Shown here piece after piece: positions 1 through 15,123 of a stretch of DNA of 64,000 nucleotides. The notes beneath the pieces were generated by a model. That model did not search any database and was not told where the DNA came from. It was given only the letters and a program-made list of their open reading frames with translations. Origin of the DNA: the human T2T-CHM13v2.0 reference genome, Homo sapiens; assembly GCF_009914755.1 (NCBI RefSeq), contig NC_060941.1. The stretch is one strand, 5' to 3'. Each line of letters begins with the position of its first letter. Position 1 is the stretch's first letter. The translations under genes were made by a program, and so were the position numbers.

Positions 1-42
1 GAGTGACAGAGTGAGACCTTGTCCCAAAAAAAAAAAAAAAAA

Positions 43-830
<788 letters not shown>

Positions 831-1186
831 ATCCAGGTGCAAGATTTTACATCTTCCTTTACTTAAGTTCCTTTTGCTCATTGCACCTCTTCACCTCCAG
901 TCCTCTGAAGGTCAGCTGGATCTTGATTTTCCTTCAGTTCAAGGCCATCCCTCACAGCTAAGTGTCTCTGATCCTGTCCCAAATTATTGGCCAGGCAAAT
1001 CTCAGGACAGATCTCCCTCCCTATCCCCATTATATCCTTCTAGAACCTTCCCTCATGGGACAACTACACTTTTGGCAAGAGTTCTTCAAACATCCAGAAA
1101 TCCACCCAGCTGAAGTGCATCAGCCTGAAATCCCCCAAGTGGTCTCACCCATGCCTCTGCCAGCCTGGAATATAAAAGCCACTGTA

Positions 1187-1359
1187 GGGGCCTGTCGTGG
1201 GGCAGAGGGAGGGCAGGAGGGATAGCATTAGGAGGTATACCTAATGTAAATAACGAGTTAATGGGTGCAGCACACCAACATGGTACATGTATACATATGT
1301 AACAAAACTGCATGTTGTGCACATGTACCCTAGAACTTAAAGTATAATAATAAAAAAAA
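1187..1359 (+). mobile_element. 5'-truncated L1PA 3' end
   Basis: L1PA 3'UTR terminus ...gaacttaaagtataataataaaa; TSD aaaagccactgta at 1174-1186 and 1356-1368. Confidence 0.92.
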
Positions 1360-1374
1360 GCCACTGTAAGGTAC

Positions 1375-1743
1375 TAATATGGTTTGACTCTGTGTACCCA
1401 CCCAAATCTCATCTTGTAGCTCCCATAATTCCCACATGTTAGGAGGGACCCAGTGGGAGATAATTGAATCATGGGGGTGGATCTTTTCTGTGCTGTTCTC
1501 ATGATACTGAATAAGTCTCATGAAAATCTGATGGTTTTAAAAATGGAAAGTTTCCCTGCACAAGGTCTCTCTCTCTCCTTTCACCTGCTGCCATCCACGT
1601 AAGATGTGACTTGCTCCTCCTTGCCTTCCGCCATGACTGTGAGGCCTCTCCAGCCATGTGGAACTGTAAGTCCAATAAACCTCTTTCTTTTGTAAATTGC
1701 CCAGTCTGGGTATGTCTTTATCAACAGCATGAAAACTAATACA
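1375..1743 (+). mobile_element. THE1 (MaLR) solo LTR
   Basis: Starts taatatggtttg, ends aactaataca; internal AATAAA; ggtac/agtac 5-bp TSD. Confidence 0.9.
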
Positions 1744-2769
1744 AGTACTCTTTTGGAAGATTGAGAATGAATGTAATCTGCCCCTCACTGCCTTCCCTGT
1801 TAACTCCAGGGCACATCCTTCCAGATGCAGAGGTGGCGGGTTGCTTGCTGGCCTTGCTCAGGCACCAGCCACCTCCCCTCTTGCCAACCAAGCATGCTCT
1901 TCATCTCTAGCAAAGCTGCTAGCCACCCACAAGGATCTAGCTGTTTTCTCTATGGATTGGGAGCAAAATGATCCAGTGCCATCTGTGGCCAGTGGAGACC
2001 CCACCCCCACCCCCAAGCTTCACCTGCAGTGGGGGCTCAGAATTGGAACTTCCTGGGAGTCTGAAACAGACCAGACTTCTTTTTCCTGGCCAAAGACAGC
2101 ACCGGGCATCCGGGTGGCCCACTTCCCAAATTCCTATGTTCCTGCTATGGCCCAGCTCCAGGAGTGAAAAATCCATCCCTATGTCCCCCGGGTTGTAAGT
2201 CTCAAGTCACAACATTTTCTCAGCTGGGGCAGGCTGTGGGTGGGGACGGGAAGGGGGTAGCTGTATTGTTTCTCTGCCAGCGCTTGGGGCCTGGAGAGGA
2301 GGAAGAGTGGCCTGTGCCTTGGCAGGCAGGGGCCTAGAGGAAGTCACCCCAGGTGGCCCTCCCCTCCTGGCCTGACACTCTGCAGAGGAAATCTGCTCTG
2401 AGAGACTTTGGAGGGAGGCCTGGAGCCAGGAGCCTCGGATGGAAACCTCCAGACACTCAGAGGCCCAGAGAGTTCCGGAAACCAATTGGGGTGATGTGGG
2501 GGTGGGCTCCTGCGTGAGGGGTGGGCTAAAGCTGATTGCATTTTCCATGGGGGCTCACTGGGTCAGAACAAGCCTCCCTGTTTTAAGCTCCTGATTCAAC
2601 TGGCCTAATAACTTGTTCTACCCAAGGGATAAGAGTAACAGTGGTGGCCATGTTTATTTTGCACCTACTGTATGGTTGGTTTCCTATTCAGGATGCATGG
2701 GCAGGCCCTCCTTTCACTATCAGCCCCATTCCCTGACAATTTCCAAAGGCTCTCCAAGAACACTGGTTA

Positions 2770-3058
2770 GTTTTTTTTTTTTTGTTTGTTTGTTTCTTTC
2801 GAGACAATGTCTTACTTTGTCACCCAGGCTGGAGTGCAGTGGCACGAACGATCTCGGCTCATTGCAACCTCTGCCTCCCGGGTTCAAGCGATTCTCTCAG
2901 TCTCAGCCTCCCAAGTAGCTGGGATTACAGGTGCCCACAACCATGCGTGGCTAATTTTTGTTGGCCAGGCTGGTCTTGAACTCCTGGACTCAAGTGATCC
3001 ACCTGCCTCGGCCTCTCAAAGTGCTGAGATTACAGGCATGAGCCACCGCACCCTGCCA
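2770..3058 (-). mobile_element. Alu
   Basis: Alu consensus; TSD actggttagtttt. Confidence 0.9.
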
Positions 3059-3987
3059 ACTGGTTAGTTTTTCCCCAACTTTCTTCCTCCTCTCCCAAAC
3101 CTGACCCTTTTCCTCTACCCAGAGTGCTTCTAGCAGGCTCAGTTCTGATGAAATAAAAGCCCACAAACATGCTGGTTGGGTTTCAGGCACCGTGCCCACT
3201 TCCCACTAACTTCTCCCAGCTCATCTGTCGGCCCCAGAAGCCTTTTCTCCCCAGACACAAGGTTCCAGAGTGGGTTTCTCCTCCCAAGTCTGAGCCTTAA
3301 GTTAAAAGAATTTGTTGTAAGATGTGGAATTCTGAGCTTCAGTCAGCTTGGGAAAGATTTTCCATAGCGTGGGAGGGGCTGGTTTCTGGCCCCCAAATCT
3401 CCGTGCAGTCACCTGTAGTGCTGACGTGCACAGGCCCATGAGGTGGAGGCTTGAGAAATATTTCTAGATGAAAAGTTATCATGGACATGTTCATTTGGAG
3501 CTTATCACGTGCCAGGCACTGTCCCAGGGACTTCGCTTTCATCATCCTAGCTAACCAGCGGTGGAGCCAGGTCTTGAACGCAGCTCTCTCTCATGCCAAG
3601 CCCCTGCGCCTGCTACTACAGACTCGGCCTCCCTCCAGCCCCTTGGGGAACTCGGCTGGGCATAGTTGCCCTCCCTCAGCACGGGGCCCGCCCAGGTTGA
3701 GGTCCCACTCAGTTTGCTCCCTGGACTGGCCTGACTCTCAACCATCTATCCCCTTCGAAGGGCAGACCAGATCCTTGGGCCAAGCCCCTGAGAGGTGTGG
3801 GCTGGGGTCGGCATCTGGTAGGCCCTGGCAGGGTCGTGCTCAGGCCTCCTGGGGTTTTGTGCTGGGAGCTGTGTGTGGGAGGGGTCAGTGGGGGGAAGAG
3901 AACCACAGGTCAATTTGCACCAATTCACCCTCATATATCCCCTGACCCCCATATGGCCTACTTAGATGCATGCACATGCCCTCGCCA

Positions 3988-4012
3988 GTGTACACACACA
4001 CACACGCGCGCG

Positions 4013-4043
<31 letters not shown>
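3988..4043. repeat. (CA)n(CG)8(CA)n compound microsatellite
   Basis: 56 bp of uninterrupted purine-pyrimidine alternation. Confidence 0.95.
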
Positions 4044-4044
<1 letters not shown>

Positions 4045-4989
4045 CATTGCCTCTATGAGTCATTTCCCAGCTGCTCAAAAGGGTGGGGAGGCTAATTTGT
4101 TCCACTCAGGCCCAGGGCTTCCTGCCCTCTGTTGGCTTGGATCTTTCTTTTACAATCTTTTCTAGAGATATGGTCTCACTATATTGCCCAGGATGGGCTC
4201 AAACTCCTGAGGTCAGTTGATCCTCCTGCCTCAGCCTCTCAAGTAGCTGGGACTGCAGGTGTGTACCACCATGCCTGGCATCAGATCTTTTTAAGGAGCC
4301 CCTGAGCATGATGGCCCCCCAAACTGGTGTGTGTACATCCTCTACACACACATCTAAGCCCACCTCCCCTGCCCTTAGACACATCGCCCCTGAACATAGA
4401 GCCACCTCCCTTCCCCTCCTTGCTCCTCAAAGCAGTGGGTCCACGGAGAGGCCACCAAGAGGCCTGCTCACACCTGTTCCTGGGCCTGGAGAACTCCAGG
4501 CAACCTGGCTCCCCATTCCCTCCATCTGTCCCCAGCCATCCAGGGAGGGTGGCCTTCGAGTCCTCCCGACTTGAGACAGGGGAGCTGGGGGCACAGTCAC
4601 CAGCACTAGAGAAGAGGCTTTTCAGTAACAGCCTGAAACCTGGAGGAAGGAAAGGCTGACACCCAGCTCCCCTGCTCCCACGACCACGAGCACGCCCCCT
4701 TCAGGAGATGCGCCCTGCCGCTCGCTCTGGGAAAGTCCTCCACTGCAGAAAGTACTCCAGGGGTGTTTCCTCCCCAGCTACTCTTTGGAGAGCCTTCTCC
4801 AAAGCTAGACTGATCACGAACTTGCCAACCTCAAAAAAAGCTAAGTGTTGACAGCAGAGCTTACTGAAAGGTGGGCTGGAAGGACCTTGCTCTGCCGCTC
4901 TGGCGTCATGGCCATCATGGCCACATCTGCAAACCACAGGCCCTCATGGAAGGGGCTCTGCAGTCCACTTTATAGAAGGACCCTCACCC

Positions 4990-5320
<331 letters not shown>

Positions 5321-8148
5321 TCCCTCACCCAAGGGAGACCAGATAGGGAAAAAAAGCCCATCCCTGACCCCCAGCTCCGAAGGGTGCCCAGAACTGAACA
5401 AAGCCATCCTTCTTGTAACTCTTTCTCTCTTCTTTTCCCTGGGATGAGACATTTTATGTCAGGGTCACAGACTGGCAATAGCCACAATAATACTGTTGAA
5501 CACGTATGTAGAGCTGGTTACATGCCAAGCACTGTTCCAGGCACCTCACATGTCCACGAGCACATCAAATTCTCACCCTGATCCTGTTATCACCCCGATT
5601 TGACAGATGAGGACACTGAGGGACAGGGGAGATAAGTAACTCACCAGATGGTATTTACATAGTAAACTGGGATTGGAAGCCTGGCCCTCAGGGTTTGAAA
5701 GAAACTTGGGCTCTTAATCAGGAGGTGGACCATGACCTTCAAGCACCTATGGGGTAGGTGGGGGTGCCTGGTTTCACAATCCAGTTCAAAAACAGGATGG
5801 GGGCCAGCAACTATTGGAGTTTCACTCTTTCCTTTTACGCGAGGGCTCTTGGCAGAGGGCCCTGCCCGGGCACTGTGGCTTCCCCACCACCTCTACTGTC
5901 CCTGGGTTCCTTGAGCCCCCCTCTCTCCTCCAGCAGCCCCATCCCCCCAACAAGGGCTGTTGACTGAAAACTGCAGGGAATAAAAATAGCTGTTGCTGAT
6001 GAGGCAGAATGGGGGCCAGAATGCATGAAAGGCTGGGGTGAGGGTGCTGCAGGGAACCTGGGATCCCCCAGCCCCAACGAGCACCTTCCAATGGAGCCAC
6101 GGGGGACCTGGCCTGTCCCTGCCACAGCAGGGCTGGGGACCCCTGCCGAAGTCACCAGAACTGCTGGGAGCCCCACATCTGCCCCAGCCGTAGGGCTGCC
6201 CATGAGACCCACTGCCCTCTGCCCCGACCCTGCCTTGCACCAGTCAGCTTCCTCCCCAGGGAGCGGGGGCCTTGGCTTCTGTGGACAGAGCCCTGTCCAC
6301 TCGTGAGCTGTGCGCCCCGGGGAAGTGACAGGAGTCAAGGGCCTGACTGTTTCTATAACCTGTTCCCTGGTCCTTGACACCCTCCTCCAGCGTCCCCTCC
6401 CTTCTCCCAAGCTGCTCTCTGAGGCCTCAGGGCCAGATTTTCCGTTTGAAGAGAGCCTTTCCACCCCTCCCTGAAGGTTCCAATCCTTCCTGCCTCTCTG
6501 GTTAAGCCTCCTCCAGGAGCCTTCTCAGAACCCCGCCCCTGCCCTGAAGATGCACTGTCCCCACCCCCACCACCATCAGATCTGTCCTCCTTTCTGATGG
6601 CCAGAGTTGCCCCCAAAAGGCAGACACCTTTTCAGAACCACCCCAACACTTGACAAGGAGTTCTATGTCTTCAGCATCAAACTCGGGGCTTCCCTGGGCC
6701 TGGCCTGGGGTCATGGCAGAGACCCTGGCGACGTAAGTCAGCAGAGCAGGTCTCGACCAACACTCAGGCCAGCCTGGAGCTGAGGAGAAGACCCCTGAGG
6801 CTGAGCTCGCACCCCATGCAGGTTTCCAACCAGAAATGATGAGCAGGGCCAGGCTGGGATGGGAGCCACCTAGGAAGGACCCTCCGTTGCCTTCCCCAAG
6901 CCCCCTAAAATCCCAGCACAATTCCTTGAGAGATGCCAGGGATGGAGAGGGGGAGGGCTGCTGAGGAGCCCGGGGGCAGGGCACATGTGGCCAGGGGGCT
7001 GGGCAGGCCCTTACCCAGCTCATCTTTGCTCGGTTGCCCTGCCTGACACAGGTTCCAAGGCCCTTGGGTCTATTTACGTGGTCCCGCACAGGTGATGTGG
7101 CTCCAAATGCTAGCACAGTGACCATAGCTGTCCATACCACTGCCACACAGAGTGAGGCCACTGGCCACAGGCAGGGGACTTGGGGATGGCCCAGAAGAAT
7201 CCGGAGGGTCCTGGTAGAACCAGCCCTCCCTGCCTCCAAACTACATCCCCCCAACTCCACTCAGGCCACTCTGCCTTCTCCACCAGCCACGGCCCACCCC
7301 AGCAGGGAGGAAGGGAGGGGGCTGTGTTCTGTGCCAGCCCCGACCCCCGGACCCCACTCTCCGGCCCTGTGTCTCCTCCTAAGACCCCCCGCCCCCAGAC
7401 CCCTTCTGGTCCCCCAGAGTACCCTTTTTGCTGTGGTCACATATTTTTCCCCTCAAGCTGGGCTTTCTGGCTCCCGTCCCCATGTCCCCCTCGCCTTCCC
7501 GGCAGGGCTCAGCGCTCTTGACTTCTCTAGGAAAAGAGCCCAGCCGTGCCGGGTGGGCTGGGGGAGGGGCAGGGACGTGGGCAAAGCCTGGGATGTGTCC
7601 TCTGCTGGCATCTCGCAGATTCCTGTTCTCAGCAGAGCAAAGGAGCCGCCAGCACCCCCACCCCGGCCTCCTGCCGCACTCCTCCCCCCACAGCCCTGCC
7701 TCTGAGCCATGCAAACAGGCCAAGCAAAGTCACTGTTTCGGCTCCTTGCTCTCCTCTCCTGAAGAAACTGCAGCCCCGTTCTGTGTCCCTTGGGTCACCC
7801 ATGCCCCTCCGGAGCCGAGCCTTAGCCCTTGGGCTGTTTGTGACCAGAACAAGGAACCTTGCTGAGGGCAAGGACAGCTCGCCAGGCCGGGGCAGAGGGA
7901 ACCGATGACGGGACAGAGAGAGGCAAGTCTGGGGCTGGAGAGAGGGTCCAGGCACCAGAAGATTCGGCAGAGGCTGCGGGACAGAGCAGGGTCGGGCCGC
8001 AGAGTGGGCAGGCGGTCAGCAGTACCCAGAACAAAGTGGTGACTTCCTTGGAGCCAGGCTGGGGTTGGGGCCAGAGAGTCCTGCCCCTCGGGGTGGCCTG
8101 CCCCTCGGGGTACCCGGCCTGGGGCGGGTGTGGGGGTGCAGTACTCAC

Positions 8149-8330
8149 TATTGGACGGGAGCAGAGCGGTTGCTGACAAGCCCAGAGCGCCGTGCCCACC
8201 TCAGGCTGGGGCTGGAACTCTGGGGGACTTGGCTGGGGGGCCGGGCCGGCGAGGACAGCTGCTGCCGCTGATGTCACAGGGTCATGAGTGAAACCTGAGG
8301 ACTGGGCCAATCTTCAGGTGGGAGCCTCAG
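8149..8330 (-). promoter_or_regulatory. SCN4A: Candidate SCN4A (Nav1.4) muscle promoter and untranslated first exon (~8230 to 8149)
   Basis: CAGCTG at 8256-8261 and CACCTG (minus) at 8315-8320, 59 bp apart; NFI half-site TTGGC at 8306-8310; TATA-less GC-rich context; donor ATA|gtgagt at 8148; synteny with PRR29/ICAM2. Confidence 0.65.
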
Positions 8331-8399
8331 CCACAGTTCCCTCGCCGGGTGTACTCTGGGCTCAGCCTGCGACCACTTGGGCTCCAGCCTCACTGCTCC

Positions 8400-9200
8400 A
8401 GGAGTGACAGACTCCCGGGCACACGCACCCATTCACAAGGGCACACAAACACTCACTCACTGGGACACATGTATTAGCCCACATAGGTGGTTCTTCTCCC
8501 AACCTCGACAGTTTACACAGGCTCATCTCATACTCGAATCTCCACACTTATTCCCAGAAGCACTCCTGAGGTACGCGCTGGCTTACACTCACACAGTCGC
8601 TGGCTCACTCTCACAGTCACTCGAGTGCACACTCACGGACGCACCCACACAAAAGCTGTGCTCCCACAGGCTCAGTCATGTGCAAATCACCCTTCATACG
8701 TTCACGCAGATGCTTCCTCTGCTGTTACACCCGTTCACACACATGCCGCCAGCTCACACGCACAAACACACTCGCACCCGCGCAGCAGGCTTGTGCACAT
8801 ACACATGGCTTCTAGTTGTGCCCACAGTCACATTGTGCCCTGAGCAACACAAATGCCATATTGCACAGACACAAGACTCTTACTGAGTGCCTGCCTGTGT
8901 GTACACACACCACAGCACAAGCACACACACTCACACCCACAACTACAGCCACAGCCACACCCACTCCTACAGCCACACACACCCACACCCACTCCACACA
9001 CACACACACGCGCACACACAGCCATGCCCCTGTGTTTATGGATTTCATGCATGTGACATGCTCCCATTCATGTGGAGAAGTACCACTAGCATGGTCACTA
9101 GATGTGCGCCAAGCGTATGCCCATCTATACACCCACAGCCGTACCCTCACATCGCACACCAGACACACACAAGTGCATGCACACCCCCGCCCCCAGCTGT
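8400..9200. repeat. Degenerate CA-rich low-complexity region
   Basis: cacac/acac-rich sequence throughout. Confidence 0.7.
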
Positions 9201-9826
9201 TTAGCTGGACCACACAGACATATCCAGGTCCCTTCTCCACCCCCACGCCCACCCCCCTGGCTGGACATCCGTCCCGGGCTGAGGGAGGGCTGTGCTGGGG
9301 GCCAGGTTGATGGACCCCACCTCCTCCCTCCACTCTGGGGCTCTGGTGACCCCTGGTGGAGCCGCTATGAAGTGCCCCCTGGCTGCCAGCTGGAGAAACC
9401 CCTGGGGAGTTCTGTCGCCCAACCGTTGTTCTCCCAAATCCGTCAGCCTTGGCAGTCCCGTGCCACCATCTTTCCTGGCAGCCCAGAGCTCCGGCAGCTG
9501 CCCTGGGCCCCGAGTGAGCTGAGCCCAGGTCAGAGCAGCCTTCGACAGAAGCATAGGGAGGCCTGGGGAGGCGCTGCCCACCCCCCGTCCCCACAGCAGC
9601 TCCGCCCAGACCCTGTGGACACAGCCTCAGTCCTTGCCGAGCCCCTCCTGGGGGCCAGGCCTGCCCGTGGTTCAAGAAGTTCCTGCCAGGCCCGATGCCC
9701 ATCTCTGCCCAGCCCTCCTCTGTCTGTGGCCTGTGGTCCCCACGGAGTTGCCTCACACCCCCAGAGCTGTTTTCTAAACCTAGGTGTGACGCTGGTGTTC
9801 TCTATGCAGAGAATCCTGACTTGTGA

Positions 9827-10338
<512 letters not shown>

Positions 10339-11689
10339 TAGGATTTTTTCAACTTCATGATGGGTTTATTGGGACAGAGCCCATGGTAAGTGGAGGGGCA
10401 CATGCACATGGTTCTTCCTCTGGTTCTGCTCACTGAAGAGACACGCCCAAACATGCTCGCACCCGCAGAGCGGGCTTGTGCACACACACACGGCTTCTAT
10501 ATGCGCCCAGAGGCACACTTGTGCCCCCAGCAACACAAACGCCATATTGCACAGACACAAGACTCTTACCAAGTGCCCATGTGTGTACACACACCACAGC
10601 ACAAGCCCAGATACCGACAACTACAGCCACACACATACCCACTCCTACCCACTGGAGTTTCATCGCTGATGTAATCCAAGTGCCTGCCCAGCCCCACCTC
10701 TTCTTTGCAAGGGTCTGCTTCTTCTAGCGTTCGGAGGAAAAGAAAATGTTTTTTCCCATTTCCTTCTCATGCTGTCTTCCTGAAGCTGCTCCTCGGGGGC
10801 CCTCTCATTACCCTGAGCCCTGCTGTGGCTTCAGTTCACTTTGCTGCTGGTCACCATCTGGGACTGCTGGTCACCACCCCGATAATCACTGGGCCGCTGC
10901 TCCCTGTCTGTGGGCATGGGAGAAGAGGGGGTAGGAGCTGCTGTCATTCCCATTTATGGCTCTACTCCTTGGTTTCTGCCTCTCCACTGCCCAAAGCTCT
11001 ACAGGGCAAGACCTTTTTTAAAGAGCAATTGGACTAATTGAAGGGGATTACCACATACGAGCGGGCAGGGCTGCTACATTCAGTTGCATGGGTTGCATAC
11101 TACACAATTCTGGGCACCAAGCACATTTGAAGTCAGTGTAGATTAGTATAACTTAAGATGATAATGTTCTGAAAGATGGCAGCAAAACGCCTAGGGGAAG
11201 GGGCTAATTTTTCTAATTTGCACAAAGTGCCTTTGGACTAGGGATGGGAATGATTGGACAAAAAAAGCTGTATGTTAAATATGGCTTTTTCTCCACAACC
11301 TAAGGGGAACGAATGCTTCCCTCTCTTGACTCCTTCCTTTGGGAAGTGGCTTCCTCTCCTACTCCATCCAAGTATGTGATTCTGTGGAGTTGCTGCTTAA
11401 AGGATGACCCCCTCCCCTAACACACGGAAGGGCATGTTACCCACCTCTGGCCAATCCTTTGGGCCATAGTGGTTCATCCAAAACCTGGGGACAAGACTCA
11501 AGCTGAACCAATCCTAGTCCTTCCCTGGGAGTTATGTGTACTGAGATTAGAGGAAAGACAATCTCTTTCATCTTGGGAGTTTCTAAATGTGTCTGAAGGA
11601 GCCATGGTGTGTCTCCTTCACACATGTGTGGAGGAAGCTTGTCTGTAGGAGGAGGAAACAGGAACATCAAACAGAGAAGCAGAGATGTA

Positions 11690-12320
11690 GGAGGGGAAGG
11701 AAGGAGGAAGGAAGGAAGGAAGGAAGGAAGGAAGCTGGCATCCAGGCTGGCAGGGGCAGAGTCAGGAGGGAGGAAGTAAGGAAGGGGAAGGAAGGTGGGG
11801 AACGAAGGAAAGAAGGAAGGAGGGAAGGAAGGAGGGAGGAAAGAAAGGAAAGAAGGAAAGAGGGAGGGAATGAGGGAGGAAGGTGGGAAGGAGGGAGGGA
11901 AGGAGGGAGGGGAGGGAAGGAGGGAAGGAAGGAGGGAGGGAAGGGGGAGGGAGGGAGGGTAAGGGAGGGAAGGAAGGAAAGAAGGGAGGAGGGAAGGAAG
12001 GAGGGAGGAGGGAAGGAAGGAGGGAGGGAGGGAAGAAAGGAAAGAAGGAAGGAGGGAGGGAGGGAAGGGAAGGAGGGAGGGAGGGAAGAAAGGAAAGAAG
12101 GAAGGAGGGAGGGAGGGAAGGGAAGGAGGGAGGGAGGGAGGGAAGGGAAGGTGGGAGGGAGGGAAGGGAAGGAGGGAGGGAAGGGAAGGTGGGAGGGAGG
12201 GAAGGGGAGGAGGGAGGGAGAGAAGGAGGGAAGGAAGGAGGGAGGGAGGGAAGGGAAGGAGGGAGGGAGGGAAGGAGGAAAGGAAGGAGGGAGGGAGGGA
12301 AGGAAGGAGGAGAGAGGGAC
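11690..12320. repeat. ~630 bp polypurine (GGGA/GGAA)n tract, probably expanded within an old MLT1 LTR
   Basis: Near-pure G/A on +; flanks resemble MLT1 (gggcatgt..tggccaatc; tgagccaa..). Confidence 0.9.
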
Positions 12321-13196
12321 CTGAAGACACTGAGTCTCTGAACCAGTTAAACTATAGACCAACTTCATTACTGTCCTGTCACATGAGCCAAAAAAGCCCA
12401 CCCTTTTCTCTTAACCTAGTTTAAATTGAGTTTCAGTTACCCACAAACAAAATAATTCTGCAAAACAGAACCACATCTCAGAACCTGACACACAGGAATT
12501 GGCCTGGTCACACCCCACTCCACCCCAACCCCAGCCTGCTCAGTCAGCTTCCTCCATGAGTGGTTTGGTTGGGGTGATTTCCTGGGAGCTGCATCAGGAT
12601 GCTCCCCCATGGGTGGTGGCACCCTGACTCCGGGGGCTGGGAGGGGAGGCTCTGGTACTCCACCCCACAGTGCAGTTCCAATGGAGTGGGACCTCAAAGC
12701 CAGGTCCCCATCACGGGGCATCCCACCTATGCAATGCGCTCACTTGTAAGTCCTCAGAGTACCTGCAGGTGTCTGTTGGACAAAAGCACACCCGAGTATC
12801 TCACCAGGATAACCATAATTTGCAGAAACAGTGCAGCTAGAGCCTCTAGGCAGAAAATTGAGGTTTCTTCACTGTTGAATTTTCAAGATTCTCTCTCTCC
12901 TGCATATCCAGTCAATAACATAATTCTGCAGAGCAATACTTAGTTCCTTTCCTTCAACTTTGATATTGCAGCTCCTTCCAATTTGTGTATCTTTAGGAAC
13001 TGCACCCAAGGAAAGGGCTGATTTGCTGGGGTCACTCTCTCAACAATGCTTCCTCAACTGTGCCAAAAATAGCTTTGAAATTTCCACTTGAATTCTTAGA
13101 AAGGGCCCTTTTCTCTCCATTTCCATCTGAGGAAAAGAGGAGGTAGCTTATTTTCACAGTTCCATGGTTTCTAATAATGGCACAATATTCTTTTGA

Positions 13197-13553
<357 letters not shown>

Positions 13554-14324
13554 AAATGTTTAATTTTTAACCCTTTAAAAATAACACTATGATGAACATT
13601 TTTTAGTATAAATCTTCTCCTATGTTTAGCTTATTCCCAGAAATAGATTTACCAAGGCAATGGGGAGGACTTTTAGCACATATTGTCTTGGATCACTAAA
13701 AAAAAAAAAAAAAAAAAATCTGAAAAACAAAATAATCCAAAGAGGCCAACAAGAGTTCCTATTGAGAAGAAAATAAAAAAGAAATAGGTGGAGTGTTCAG
13801 TGTCTCAAAGAAAATAATAGCAGGCAAGTCAAATAGCAGGAAAGTAAGTCATCTCCTATTCTGCTGCGCTGATGTGAGATCTTCTATGAGCAAAATAGCT
13901 CAGGCAGATAAGTGTGTGGCTTTCCTTTCTTCATGGCAAATGCTTCCGTTTCTTTTGACAAATACATCGAATGGAATACCATAAGTCAGATAGTTTTGAT
14001 CTCAGCCTTGTTTTTCAAAACACAAGCGGTTAACATGCCCTTTTACCTCTGAGGGATTGGAATGATCACCTCCTCCTGACTGTTTTCTACGGCCACCTCT
14101 AGCCCGCTGCAGGCTTCCTTAGAGGGACAAGTGTGGCAGCCTCTTTGCTGGGCCCCCTGCCTCCAGCCTTGCTTCAGTTGAATCTATTGACCATTGTACA
14201 CCCAAACTCATTTTCTTCAATGTCTATTTCAGTATTTCACATCTCTGAATGCAGATGTATCATAGAGCTACTTAAGTCCCTTTTCCAGGAGTTTTCAGTA
14301 GCCTGGAGGCAGATGTGGAGCGAG

Positions 14325-15123
<799 letters not shown>

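Noticed and set aside
11437-12401. ORFs of 150-297 aa (PSLP/GREG-rich)
   Set aside because: Translations of the GGGA/GGAA tract, which lacks stop codons by composition.
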